Source of the DNA: Nitrospinales bacterium | GTDB taxonomy: Bacteria; Nitrospinota; Nitrospinia; Nitrospinales; VA-1 | Direction of reading: 5' to 3' | Assembly: GCA_965262115.1 (NCBI GenBank) | Contig: OZ253496.1 | Coordinates: forward strand, 512,001-576,000 | DNA length: 64,000 nt | Shown here: positions 38,530 to 47,666 of the stretch, one piece after another | Layout: each line of letters begins with the position of its first letter | Position numbering within the stretch: the stretch's first letter is position 1 | Notes under the pieces: model-generated | Seen by the model: the letters and a program-made list of their open reading frames with translations, nothing else | Told to the model about the DNA's origin: nothing | The model's database searches: none | Position numbers and translations under genes: made by a program

Positions 38530-39672
38530 ATGACTCAAAAATTAAAGTTCCCAATCGCCATTGTCCTGTTCACTCTGATGGTCCTTCCCCTTTCTTATGG
38601 AATGGGGACTCCGGTTTTTTCCACTGCCGATTCCGCATTTGGCCTTAGCACCAAAGCCAATCCTGTAGGCACTAACTTGATTGTGGAAATCGCAAAAAAG
38701 AAGAATCCTGCTGTCGTATTCGTCACATCCAAAACTAAAATTCAACCGGCAAAAGGAAATGGACCCTTCGGACAGTTCTCTCCGCCATCCAGAGGCAGAC
38801 CTTTTACACCTCCACCCGCACCGGGGAACGGCACCGGAACGGGATTTATCATTGACCATGAAGGGCATATTCTGACCAATAACCATGTTGTGGAAGGTGC
38901 CGACATCATAAAAGTGACCCTGCAAAACGAAAAGGAATATGAAGCCCGGCTTGTCGGATCAGACCCCAAGACCGACATTGCACTGATAAAAATCATCCAG
39001 AAAAAGGGAGAACATACATCATTTCCATTTTTGACCATGGGCGATTCAAAACAATTGGAAGTGGGAGAATGGGTGGTCGCTATTGGCAACCCGTTCGGCC
39101 TGTCCCATACCGTGACCACAGGCGTGGTCAGCGCTAAGGGTAGAAACATTGGTGCCGGTCCCTATGATGAGTTCATCCAGACGGATGCTTCGATCAATCC
39201 CGGCAACAGCGGTGGGCCGTTACTGAACATGAACGGAGATGTCATAGGCATCAACACTGCGATTTTTTCCGGCAGTGGCGGAAACGTGGGCATTGGTTTT
39301 GCCCTGCCTATCAATATGGCCAAAGGCATTCTTGACGATTTGAAACAGAAAGGCAAAGTCACGCGCGGCTGGTTGGGTGTCATGATTCAGAGAATCACGC
39401 CTGAGTTGCAAGAATCTTTCAAGCTCAAAAATCCAATGGGCACTCTGGTCAATGATATCGTTCCCAACGGCCCTGCCGATCGCGGTGGCATGAAGCGCGG
39501 CGATGTCATCACCCGGTTTGACGGCGTTGAAATCGCCTCGATGGAAACACTGCCGAAGCAGGTCGCATCAATCACACCGGGAAAATCCGTGAAGGTCGAA
39601 GTGATCCGCGAAGGCCAGGCAAAGACGCTTGAAATAAAGATTGAACCAATGAAGGAAGAAAAGCCAGCTTGA
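38530..39672 (+). CDS. degP: HtrA/DegP-family serine protease with one PDZ domain
   Basis: LTNNHVV, DIAL, QTDASINPGNSGGPL, RGWLGV PDZ domain. Confidence 0.93.
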   Translation: MTQKLKFPIAIVLFTLMVLPLSYGMGTPVFSTADSAFGLSTKANPVGTNLIVEIAKKKNPAVVFVTSKTKIQPAKGNGPFGQFSPPSRGRPFTPPPAPGNGTGTGFIIDHEGHILTNNHVVEGADIIKVTLQNEKEYEARLVGSDPKTDIALIKIIQKKGEHTSFPFLTMGDSKQLEVGEWVVAIGNPFGLSHTVTTGVVSAKGRNIGAGPYDEFIQTDASINPGNSGGPLLNMNGDVIGINTAIFSGSGGNVGIGFALPINMAKGILDDLKQKGKVTRGWLGVMIQRITPELQESFKLKNPMGTLVNDIVPNGPADRGGMKRGDVITRFDGVEIASMETLPKQVASITPGKSVKVEVIREGQAKTLEIKIEPMKEEKPA

Positions 39673-39700
39673 TCCCCTGGCCTGCAAGGGCCAACCTCCG

Positions 39701-39736
39701 GAAGGGGGACTGTTTTGTCAAGGGCAGTCCCCTTTC
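39701..39736. terminator. Bidirectional intrinsic terminator between degP and the glt operon
   Basis: GAAGGGGGACTGTTTT-GTCA-AGGGCAGTCCCCTTTC hairpin followed by T-rich sequence. Confidence 0.75.
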
Positions 39737-39755
39737 TAACTTTTTTCAAAATAAA

Positions 39756-39788
39756 TTATTTCAGGAACTCGCTGTGGGGAAGCTGAGT
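39756..39788 (-). other. Displaced duplicate of the gltD 3' end (TQLPHSEFLK*), synonymously different from the copy in use
   Basis: ACT CAG CTT CCC CAC AGC GAG TTC CTG AAA TAA versus gltD ACA CAA CTT CCT CAC AGT GAA TTT CTA AAG TAA. Confidence 0.9.
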
Positions 39789-39942
39789 TTTGTCTTTCAA
39801 AGATTAAATTAAAAATTCAAACCGATGGGGTGGTGTCCGTCACCTTTCTTTCCCTTTAGGTTCTATGCCTTTGACAACTGGAGGCAATGAAGCCTTAAGG
39901 GTGGCAAGCCTATCTTGCCAATTTTAGAGATGGAGGTGTGCT

Positions 39943-40047
39943 ATGGGCTGTAAACAAGTCAAACGCACCGTTCGGACTACAAGGAAACCTGGACCAAAAA
40001 CTGTTCCGGTTAAACCGCATACTCGGTCAAAACCAAAGCAGTGCTAG
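39943..40047 (+). CDS. 34-aa highly basic peptide
   Basis: MGCKQVKRTVRTTRKPGPKTVPVKPHTRSKPKQC*; strong GGAGGTG RBS; TTGACA at 39871. Confidence 0.65.
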   Translation: MGCKQVKRTVRTTRKPGPKTVPVKPHTRSKPKQC

Positions 40048-40110
40048 GCTAAAAAAGTAGAACCTGAACACCGACGGTCATCATCCCTTTATATTATTTA
40101 GAGAAAGATT

Positions 40111-41598
40111 TTACTTTAGAAATTCACTGTGAGGAAGTTGTGTCTCCCCCATAAGGTGAAGGTCTACTGATCTCGCGGCTTCACGGCCTTCAGCAATGGC
40201 CCAGACCACCAGCGACTGCCCCCGGGTCATATCCCCTGCGACAAAAACTCCATCCACGCTGGTCATTTTATTATCATCACAGGCTACGTTTCCACGCCCG
40301 TCCAGATCCATCCCCAGTTCTACCAGCATGCCTTCATGAATGGGATGAACAAAGCCCATGGCCAGCAGAACCAGCTCGACTTCCAATTCAAACTCAGATC
40401 CAGGTACTTCCCGCATTTGCGGACGGCCCGTTTTAGGATCGGGATCGCCAAATTCTATCTTTACACCATGAATTTTGGAAACCTTGCCGTCCTCGCCGGA
40501 AAACTTTTTAGTCGATACACAAAATTCCGTAATCTTTTTTTTTCCTTCACGCTCATTCGCTTCTGCATGGGAAGAAGAAACCCGAAATATTTTTGGCCAT
40601 TGTGGCCAAGGGTTGTTATCCGTTCTTTCCTGAGGAGGCTCGGGTAAAAGTTCAAACTGATAGACGTTTTTTGCGCCTTGCCTGAGTGAGGTTCCCAGGC
40701 AATCCGAACCGGTATCCCCACCACCGATGATCAAAATATTTTTATCTTTGGCCGTAATAGAAATTTCTTCAGGGATGGTATCTCCCTCATTACGTTTATT
40801 CTGTTGCGGGAGAAAGTCCATGGCAAAATGAATACCATCAAGATCGCGTCCTTCCACAGGAATATCGCGAGGTTTCTGCGAACCGCCGCAAAGAACCACC
40901 GCGTCAAACTCATTTTTTAATTCGTTGGCCGATTTATTGACCCCTACATTGATACCGGTCTTAAAAATTACACCGGATTCTTCCATCACCTTTATGCGGC
41001 GTTTAACAATTTTCTTATCCAGTTTAAAGTTAGGGATGCCATACATCAGCAGTCCGCCGACACGATCATCTTTTTCAAAAACGGTGACCTCATGGCCCAC
41101 CCCATTAAGCTGATCGGCACAAGCCAGCCCTGCGGGCCCCGACCCCACTACCGCTATTTTTTTTCCTGTCCGGGACTCGGGTTTGCGGGGCTTGATAAAC
41201 CCCATCTCAAACCCCTTTTCCGCAATCATCTCCTCGATTTTACAAATCGTAACCGCCGGTTCAGTGATACCCAGCACACAGGCCCCCTCGCAGGGAGCCG
41301 GACAAACACGCCCGGTGAATTCGGGGAAGTTATTGGTCTTCTGCATCAGTTCCACCGCCTCCCGGTACCGGCCTCGATATACCATATCGTTCCAGTCGGG
41401 AATCAAGTTTCCCAGCGGACACCCGGCTTCACTCTGGCAGAACGGAACTCCACAGTCCATACAGCGAGCTCCCTGCTCTTTATATTTTTCTTCCGGAAAA
41501 GGAGCGTAACACTCCTGCTGATCCTTGAGCCTTTCCTCAACCGGCCGGCCTGACGGTGTCTCCCGCTCATATTCCATGAATCCTTTTATCGCACCCAT
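40111..41598 (-). CDS. gltD: Glutamate synthase small subunit
   Basis: RCMDCGVPFC, GCPLGN.IP, TGRVCPAPCE, GSGPAG, GGGDTGSDC, RGQSLVVWAIAEGR. Confidence 0.97.
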   Translation of the reverse strand: MGAIKGFMEYERETPSGRPVEERLKDQQECYAPFPEEKYKEQGARCMDCGVPFCQSEAGCPLGNLIPDWNDMVYRGRYREAVELMQKTNNFPEFTGRVCPAPCEGACVLGITEPAVTICKIEEMIAEKGFEMGFIKPRKPESRTGKKIAVVGSGPAGLACADQLNGVGHEVTVFEKDDRVGGLLMYGIPNFKLDKKIVKRRIKVMEESGVIFKTGINVGVNKSANELKNEFDAVVLCGGSQKPRDIPVEGRDLDGIHFAMDFLPQQNKRNEGDTIPEEISITAKDKNILIIGGGDTGSDCLGTSLRQGAKNVYQFELLPEPPQERTDNNPWPQWPKIFRVSSSHAEANEREGKKKITEFCVSTKKFSGEDGKVSKIHGVKIEFGDPDPKTGRPQMREVPGSEFELEVELVLLAMGFVHPIHEGMLVELGMDLDGRGNVACDDNKMTSVDGVFVAGDMTRGQSLVVWAIAEGREAARSVDLHLMGETQLPHSEFLK

Positions 41599-41626
41599 TT
41601 ACGCGTTCTATATCCTTTCATTGCCT

Positions 41627-44600
41627 TCAGGCAACCAGCACTTCATCTTTTCTTTTACGTTCTTCCAAAACCCGACGGTAATCGGTTGGATAAACTTTGA
41701 CAAATTTTGGCAGGGTCTCCTCCCACTCATCAAGCACCCTTTTGGCAACACTGCTTTGTGTGCTATGAAAGTGTTCCTCAATCAATGCCTTTAGTTGTTG
41801 AACATCTTCGGGTTCTTCAACGGGAAGCAGATCAACAATGCTTTGATTGCAATGGATGGGGAACGAATTATCCCGATCCAGAACATACGCCAGCCCCCCA
41901 CTCATTCCCGCGGCAAAGTTTCTACCTGTGGAACCTAGAACCACAACGACTCCTCCTGTCATGTACTCGCAGCCATGGTCCCCTACCCCTTCTATCACTG
42001 CCTGGGCTCCACTGTTGCGCACCGCAAACCGCTCTCCCCCAACTCCTCGGAAAAATGCTTTGCCGGAAACGGCACCGTAGAGAACTGTGTTTCCTATTAA
42101 AATATTTTCTTCCGGAACAAGGGTGGAGTCCTTTGGCGGATAAATAATTAATCTGCCGCCAGACAAACCTTTCCCGACATAGTCATTGGCATCGCCGGCA
42201 AGACCAAAGGTCACTCCCGGCGCAAGAAAAGCCCCGAAGCTCTGACCCGCAGAGCCCGTAAAACCGAATTGGATCGTATCGGCTGGCAGCCCTTCTTCCC
42301 CGTGCAATTTAGAAATACGATAACTGAGCATCGCCCCGGTAGCCCGGTCCGTGTTAAGAATTGGGAGATCGCCATAAATCTGGGTTTTCTTTTCAAGGGC
42401 TAGCTGGCTCATTTCTATCAGCTTATGGTCCAGTGCATTGTCCAGATCTCCACTCAAATCCTGTGTGCAGATATTTCTCAACGCCACCTTTTCATCAACC
42501 TCGGGCTTAAATAAAATTTTACTCACATCCAGTCCACTTGCTTTCCAGTGGCCGACCGCTTCTTCTCCTTCGAGCAGCTCTACTTTGCCAATCAGATCAT
42601 TGAATTTTCTAATACCTAATTGCGCCATGATTTCCCTGACTTCTTCCGCAATGAAGCGAAAGAAATTGACGACATATTCTGCCTTGGCGTCAAACTTTTT
42701 CCTGAGGTCCGGGTTTTGTGTGGCAATCCCCACCGAACAGGTATTGAGATGACATTTTCTCATCAAAATGCAACCCATAGTAATAAGGGCTGTGGTGGAG
42801 AACCCAAATTCATCCGCGCCAAGGATTCCGCCGATCACAACATCACGTCCTGTTTTGAGTTGCCCGTCCACCTGAACGCGGATGCGCCCTCTGAGATCGT
42901 TGAGTATAAGAATCTGCTGTGTTTCAGAGAGCCCCAGTTCCCAGGGAAGCCCAGCGTGTTTGATAGAGGTCTGAGGCGAAGCTCCGGTTCCACCATCGTG
43001 TCCGGCGATCAGTACTCCCTCCGCACGCGCTTTGGAAACTCCCGCCGCAATAGTACCCACCCCCGCTTCCGCAACCAATTTCACACTCACCCTGGCATCA
43101 GGGTTGGCATTATGAAGATCAAAAATCAATTGTTGCAGATCTTCTATGGAGTAAATATCATGGTGGGGCGGAGGAGAAATCAAAGCTACACCCGGAGTAG
43201 AACTCCGGATTTTAGAGATGTACTCGCTAACCTTATGCCCTGGCAATTGCCCTCCTTCACCGGGTTTTGCGCCCTGGGCAATCTTGATTTGCATTTCATC
43301 GGCATTGGCCAGGTAATAACTGTTCACCCCGAATCGTCCTGAGGCAACTTGCTTGATTTTACTGCGACGGTCATCCCCGTTCACATCCAAGGTATAACGG
43401 GCCGAATCCTCGCCGCCTTCACCGGTATTACTTTTACCACCCAGCCTGTTCATAGCAATCGCCAGTGTCTCATGGGCTTCGCGGGAAATCGAACCAATAG
43501 ACATGGCACCGGTACAAAAACGTTTGGTGATCTCTTCTACAGGCTCCACCTCTTCAATGGGTATCGGCGTGGTCTCTTTAAAATTAAAAAGTCCCCTTAA
43601 AGTACACTGTCGAGTGCTTTCTTTATCGGCATGCTGGGAAAACTTTTTGAAGGTCGCATAATCATTGGAACGGGTGGCGTGTTGCAACAAGCCGATAGCA
43701 TGCGGGTTGAGCATATGTTTTTCTTCACCGCGGCGCCAATGGTAATCACCACCAAGATCCAGTTGCGAGAAAAGTTCATTACTGTAAGCCCTTTTATGCC
43801 TTGCCAGAGCCTCCTTAGCCAGGACATCAAGATTCGCTCCGCTCACTCTGGAAGGGGTACCGGTAAAAAAACGTTCGATCACATCTTCGTTTAATCCAAC
43901 GGCTTCAAAAATCTGGGCACCACGGTAGCTCTGGATCGTGGAGATTCCCATTTTTGCAATGATTTTGAACAGACCCTTTCTTGTTGCCTTGATAAAGTTA
44001 TCGACCGCTTTGTCCATGTCCAGTTCTTCGACATACACCGCCTCGCTTGCCATCTGCGCTACCGTTTCATAAGCAAGATATGGATAAATAGCACCCGCAC
44101 CATAGCCAATCAACAGGGCGAAGTGCATCATCTCCCGAGCTTCACCTGTTTCTACAGCCAGCCCTACACGAGTACGAGTCCTCTCACGCAAAAGGTGATG
44201 GTGCACCCCGGCGGTAGCCAGAAGACTGGGCAAAGCAGCTTGATCAGCATCGATTCCTTTATCAGATAGAACTAGAATGGTGGCACCTTCTTCGATAGCT
44301 TGCGAAGCTTTCTGACATAACGCATCCAAAGCCCGTTCCATACCCTTTTCTCCTTCAGAGACAGGAAACAAGGTTGAAAGTACAACGGTTTTGAAATATT
44401 CCTTATCGAGTTTGCGGATTTTCTCCATTTCTATCCCAGTAAGAATGGGATGCTCGACTTTTAACTTGCGGCAATGTTCAGGACTCTCATCCAGAAGGTT
44501 TCGTTCTTTTCCAAGTGTCACTTCCATAGACATAACAAGTTCTTCTCGAATAGAATCGATAGCCGGATTGGTCACTTGTGCAAAGAGTTGTTTAAAATAA

Positions 44601-46147
44601 TAGAACAACAGTTGTGGCCTTTGCGACAAAATCGCAAGCGGTGTGTCGTTACCCATCGATCCGGTAGCTTCCTGTGAGATTCCAATCATGGGAGCCATGA
44701 TAAACTTGATATCCTCGACGGTATATCCAAACGCGGTCTGACGGGTCAAAAGGGAATCATAATCCGGCTCGAACTTGTAATCTGTCTCAGGCAAATCCTT
44801 GAGGTCAACCTGATTTTCTGCCACCCATTTTTTATAGGGTTTTTGCGTTGTGATTTTTGCTTTCAATTCTTCATCAGAAATGATGCGACCTTCATTAATG
44901 TCGATGAGAAACATTTTTCCTGGCTGCAACCTTCCTTTGTAAACAATATTGGCTTCATCCACCGGAAGGACCCCCACTTCCGAAGCCATGATGACCAGCC
45001 CGTCTTTGGTCACATAATAACGGGACGGCCGCAAGCCATTTCGGTCTAGCACCGCACCACAGGTTTCCCCATCGGTGAAAGCAATGGAGGCAGGACCATC
45101 CCAGGGTTCCATCATGGAAGCGTGAAATTCATAAAATCCGCGCTTGTCTTCGTTCATCGTCTCGTGTCCGCTCCACGGCTCGGGAATCATCATCATCATG
45201 GAATGGGCTAAAGACCGGCCGGTCAGGAACAACATCTCCAATGCCTGGTCAAAATCCGCCGAATCACTGCCACCCGGAGCAATGACAGGAAGGATCATAT
45301 TGATGTCTTTAAATAAAGGCGATCCAAACATCGACTCACGGGCACGCATCCAGTTCTGGTTTCCCCGAACCGTATTGATTTCTCCATTGTGTGCGATGTA
45401 ACGGAAAGGTTGAGATCGTCCCCAGGAGGGAAAGGTATTGGTACTGTATCGGGAATGGGCTAACGCCAAAGCTGAAGTCATATTTGGGTCTTTAAGATCC
45501 AGATAATAGGTCTCCAATTGCGGAGCCATCAGTTGTCCTTTGTAAATGAGGGTCTTGCTGGAAAGACTGCATGCGTAAAAGTTTTCGTTATTGTCATTGA
45601 GTCCGGCCCGACGCACTCCCCACGCAGTACGTTTGCGAACACAATAAAGCCTTCTCTCAAAAACCAACTGGTCTGACACATCCGCTCCCGCACCGACAAA
45701 AATCTGCTTGATCACCGGCTCGACAGAACGCGCCGTTTTCCCAATCGTTGTGTTGTCGGCCGGAACATCCCGCCAACCGAGAAGCTCAAGGCCTTCCATC
45801 ACAACCGCACGCTCCATGATTTCCTGGCCCTGTTTGGTATCCTCGCCGGTAGGAAGAAAAATATTACCCACTGCATAACGCCCCGCCTCGGGCAGCTTGA
45901 TCGCTGCTTTTTCACATTGTTCCTGAAAAAACTTGTGGGGAATCTGGATGAGAATCCCAGCACCGTCTCCCGTAGCCGAATCAGAACCGCAGGCCCCGCG
46001 ATGTTCCAGTTTTTTGAGGATTCCCAGTCCCTGGGTAATGATTTCATGGGACTTCTCCCCCTTCATATTCATGACAAACCCCACCCCACAACTGTCTTTT
46101 TCTAAGGCGGGATCACAGAGACCCTGTTTTTTTGGAAAAGCGTACAT
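41627..46147 (-). CDS. gltB: Glutamate synthase large subunit
   Basis: DSCGVGF N-terminal Cys, HSRYSTNT, AHNGEINT, EPWDGPA, KIAQGAKPGEGGQLPG, GERFAVRNSG. Confidence 0.98.
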   Translation of the reverse strand: MYAFPKKQGLCDPALEKDSCGVGFVMNMKGEKSHEIITQGLGILKKLEHRGACGSDSATGDGAGILIQIPHKFFQEQCEKAAIKLPEAGRYAVGNIFLPTGEDTKQGQEIMERAVVMEGLELLGWRDVPADNTTIGKTARSVEPVIKQIFVGAGADVSDQLVFERRLYCVRKRTAWGVRRAGLNDNNENFYACSLSSKTLIYKGQLMAPQLETYYLDLKDPNMTSALALAHSRYSTNTFPSWGRSQPFRYIAHNGEINTVRGNQNWMRARESMFGSPLFKDINMILPVIAPGGSDSADFDQALEMLFLTGRSLAHSMMMMIPEPWSGHETMNEDKRGFYEFHASMMEPWDGPASIAFTDGETCGAVLDRNGLRPSRYYVTKDGLVIMASEVGVLPVDEANIVYKGRLQPGKMFLIDINEGRIISDEELKAKITTQKPYKKWVAENQVDLKDLPETDYKFEPDYDSLLTRQTAFGYTVEDIKFIMAPMIGISQEATGSMGNDTPLAILSQRPQLLFYYFKQLFAQVTNPAIDSIREELVMSMEVTLGKERNLLDESPEHCRKLKVEHPILTGIEMEKIRKLDKEYFKTVVLSTLFPVSEGEKGMERALDALCQKASQAIEEGATILVLSDKGIDADQAALPSLLATAGVHHHLLRERTRTRVGLAVETGEAREMMHFALLIGYGAGAIYPYLAYETVAQMASEAVYVEELDMDKAVDNFIKATRKGLFKIIAKMGISTIQSYRGAQIFEAVGLNEDVIERFFTGTPSRVSGANLDVLAKEALARHKRAYSNELFSQLDLGGDYHWRRGEEKHMLNPHAIGLLQHATRSNDYATFKKFSQHADKESTRQCTLRGLFNFKETTPIPIEEVEPVEEITKRFCTGAMSIGSISREAHETLAIAMNRLGGKSNTGEGGEDSARYTLDVNGDDRRSKIKQVASGRFGVNSYYLANADEMQIKIAQGAKPGEGGQLPGHKVSEYISKIRSSTPGVALISPPPHHDIYSIEDLQQLIFDLHNANPDARVSVKLVAEAGVGTIAAGVSKARAEGVLIAGHDGGTGASPQTSIKHAGLPWELGLSETQQILILNDLRGRIRVQVDGQLKTGRDVVIGGILGADEFGFSTTALITMGCILMRKCHLNTCSVGIATQNPDLRKKFDAKAEYVVNFFRFIAEEVREIMAQLGIRKFNDLIGKVELLEGEEAVGHWKASGLDVSKILFKPEVDEKVALRNICTQDLSGDLDNALDHKLIEMSQLALEKKTQIYGDLPILNTDRATGAMLSYRISKLHGEEGLPADTIQFGFTGSAGQSFGAFLAPGVTFGLAGDANDYVGKGLSGGRLIIYPPKDSTLVPEENILIGNTVLYGAVSGKAFFRGVGGERFAVRNSGAQAVIEGVGDHGCEYMTGGVVVVLGSTGRNFAAGMSGGLAYVLDRDNSFPIHCNQSIVDLLPVEEPEDVQQLKALIEEHFHSTQSSVAKRVLDEWEETLPKFVKVYPTDYRRVLEERKRKDEVLVA

Positions 46148-46236
46148 ATTCTATTTAACTCATTGAATTTAAAAAATGTTTAATTCCCCCCAAACATCGA
46201 AAATTCAAAGATTTTCAATGAGGAATGGGTATAAAG

Positions 46237-46252
46237 AGCAAGAGTCGTGCCT
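46237..46252 (-). promoter_or_regulatory. Sigma54 (-24/-12) promoter of gltBD
   Basis: AGGCACGACTCTTGCT (GG-N10-GC), about 90 bp upstream of the gltB ATG. Confidence 0.75.
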
Positions 46253-46741
46253 GAGGAAACCCCTTGATATTAAGAGGTTTAAAAGAAATATCCCAAAATT
46301 AGAGTAATTAATATACACAATTAAGCGTATATTTTATATAACTGTTGTAAAATTTTTTGTTTGTGGTGTAAAGTCTTAAGCTTTTACTACCCGGCACCCA
46401 AACCTCAGAGGATTTTTCACCGCCATTATAATTATAATTGAAAACTCCGATAAAGTGGCGGATTTCCTTCATACTGGCCGTAAAAGGAGGGTTCAGGCCT
46501 TTTTCGATCCGCAGAAATCGCAGTTTAATTAACTGTTTTCATTTCTCAAATTGGCGTTATAATGAGCAAGTTTCCTTTTTCCACCCGGATCACAAAGTAC
46601 CCTTTTTAAGCCGTGTTAAGGTAACCTTCCCCGGGTTGGAATTTTTGATTCCTTTAAATTTTAAGAACGGAAGCACCGTTTTCCTTCATATATATACTGG
46701 CAAATCGTTGTTTATTTTTTATCTATTGAATTGGGGCCGCA

Positions 46742-47381
46742 ATGATCGTTGATGAAATAATGACCCGCAAGGTCATCACCATTAAATCCAGGGACACCCT
46801 TTATTAAGGCGCAGGAATTGATGGTTAAGAATTCCATCCGCCATTTACCGGTCACCCAAAAAAAAGAACTTGAAGGGATCATCACGGAAAGCGATATTCG
46901 CGGAGCTTTCATTCAAAATAATATAGATTCATCAAGGGTAACAATTCTCGACCCGAAGGAAATGAAAGTTGAGGATTTCATGACCCGGAATCCTCAAACT
47001 GTAGGACCGGACACCAATGTAGAAGATGCGGCCCTCTTGATTTACAAAAATAAGATTGGGTCACTTCCGGTTTTAGATGGCGATAAGTTGGTGGGCATCA
47101 TCTCCATTCTCGATATGTTGGGATTGTTCATAGATTTAATGGGCATTATCCATTCAAGTTCCAGAGTGGATGTCATCATGGACAAGGGTCCCAAAAACTT
47201 TGAATCTGTTTCAAAAATCATCCACGACCAGGGTTTAAACATCATCAGTGTTGGTATGGCCCCCTATGCCAAAAATAAAAAGAAACAGGTCTATTTCTTT
47301 CGACTGGACCTATGCGAGACAGCCCCCCTGGTCAAAAAGATCGAAAAGACCGGGTTCAAGGTACTAAACGCCATCGACTGA
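46742..47381 (+). CDS. CBS-pair + ACT domain protein (AcuB-like) with a 1-bp frameshift near 46803
   Basis: MIVDEIMTRKVITIKSRDTLY (from 46742) joins KAQELMVKNSIRHLPV in another frame; the second CBS and the ACT domain follow. Confidence 0.85.
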
Positions 47382-47666
47382 GGTGCTCGCCGCAGGGACA
47401 ACTAGCAAGAACTCCTCGAACTAAAACCAGCTCTTTGCTCCCCAGACGCGATATTTTTCTCAAGCCTTTACCCTTGCAGGGCATGAAGGTAAATGAAGAA
47501 ATATCACACGTGCCCCGGAGGGGTAAATAGTTTTTGCTCGCTAGCCCCACTAGTAATCTCCGCAGAAGCAGGCAAGAGCCACTTAAGCCGAGATAATATT
47601 TTTTAACCAGAGCAAGTTATTGCTCAATAGCCCCACGCTTAGTGGGTGAAAGGAAATTTTTCAGCC

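Noticed and set aside
39827..40087. Retron msr-msd
   Set aside because: Terminal complementary arms exist, but no reverse transcriptase is nearby.
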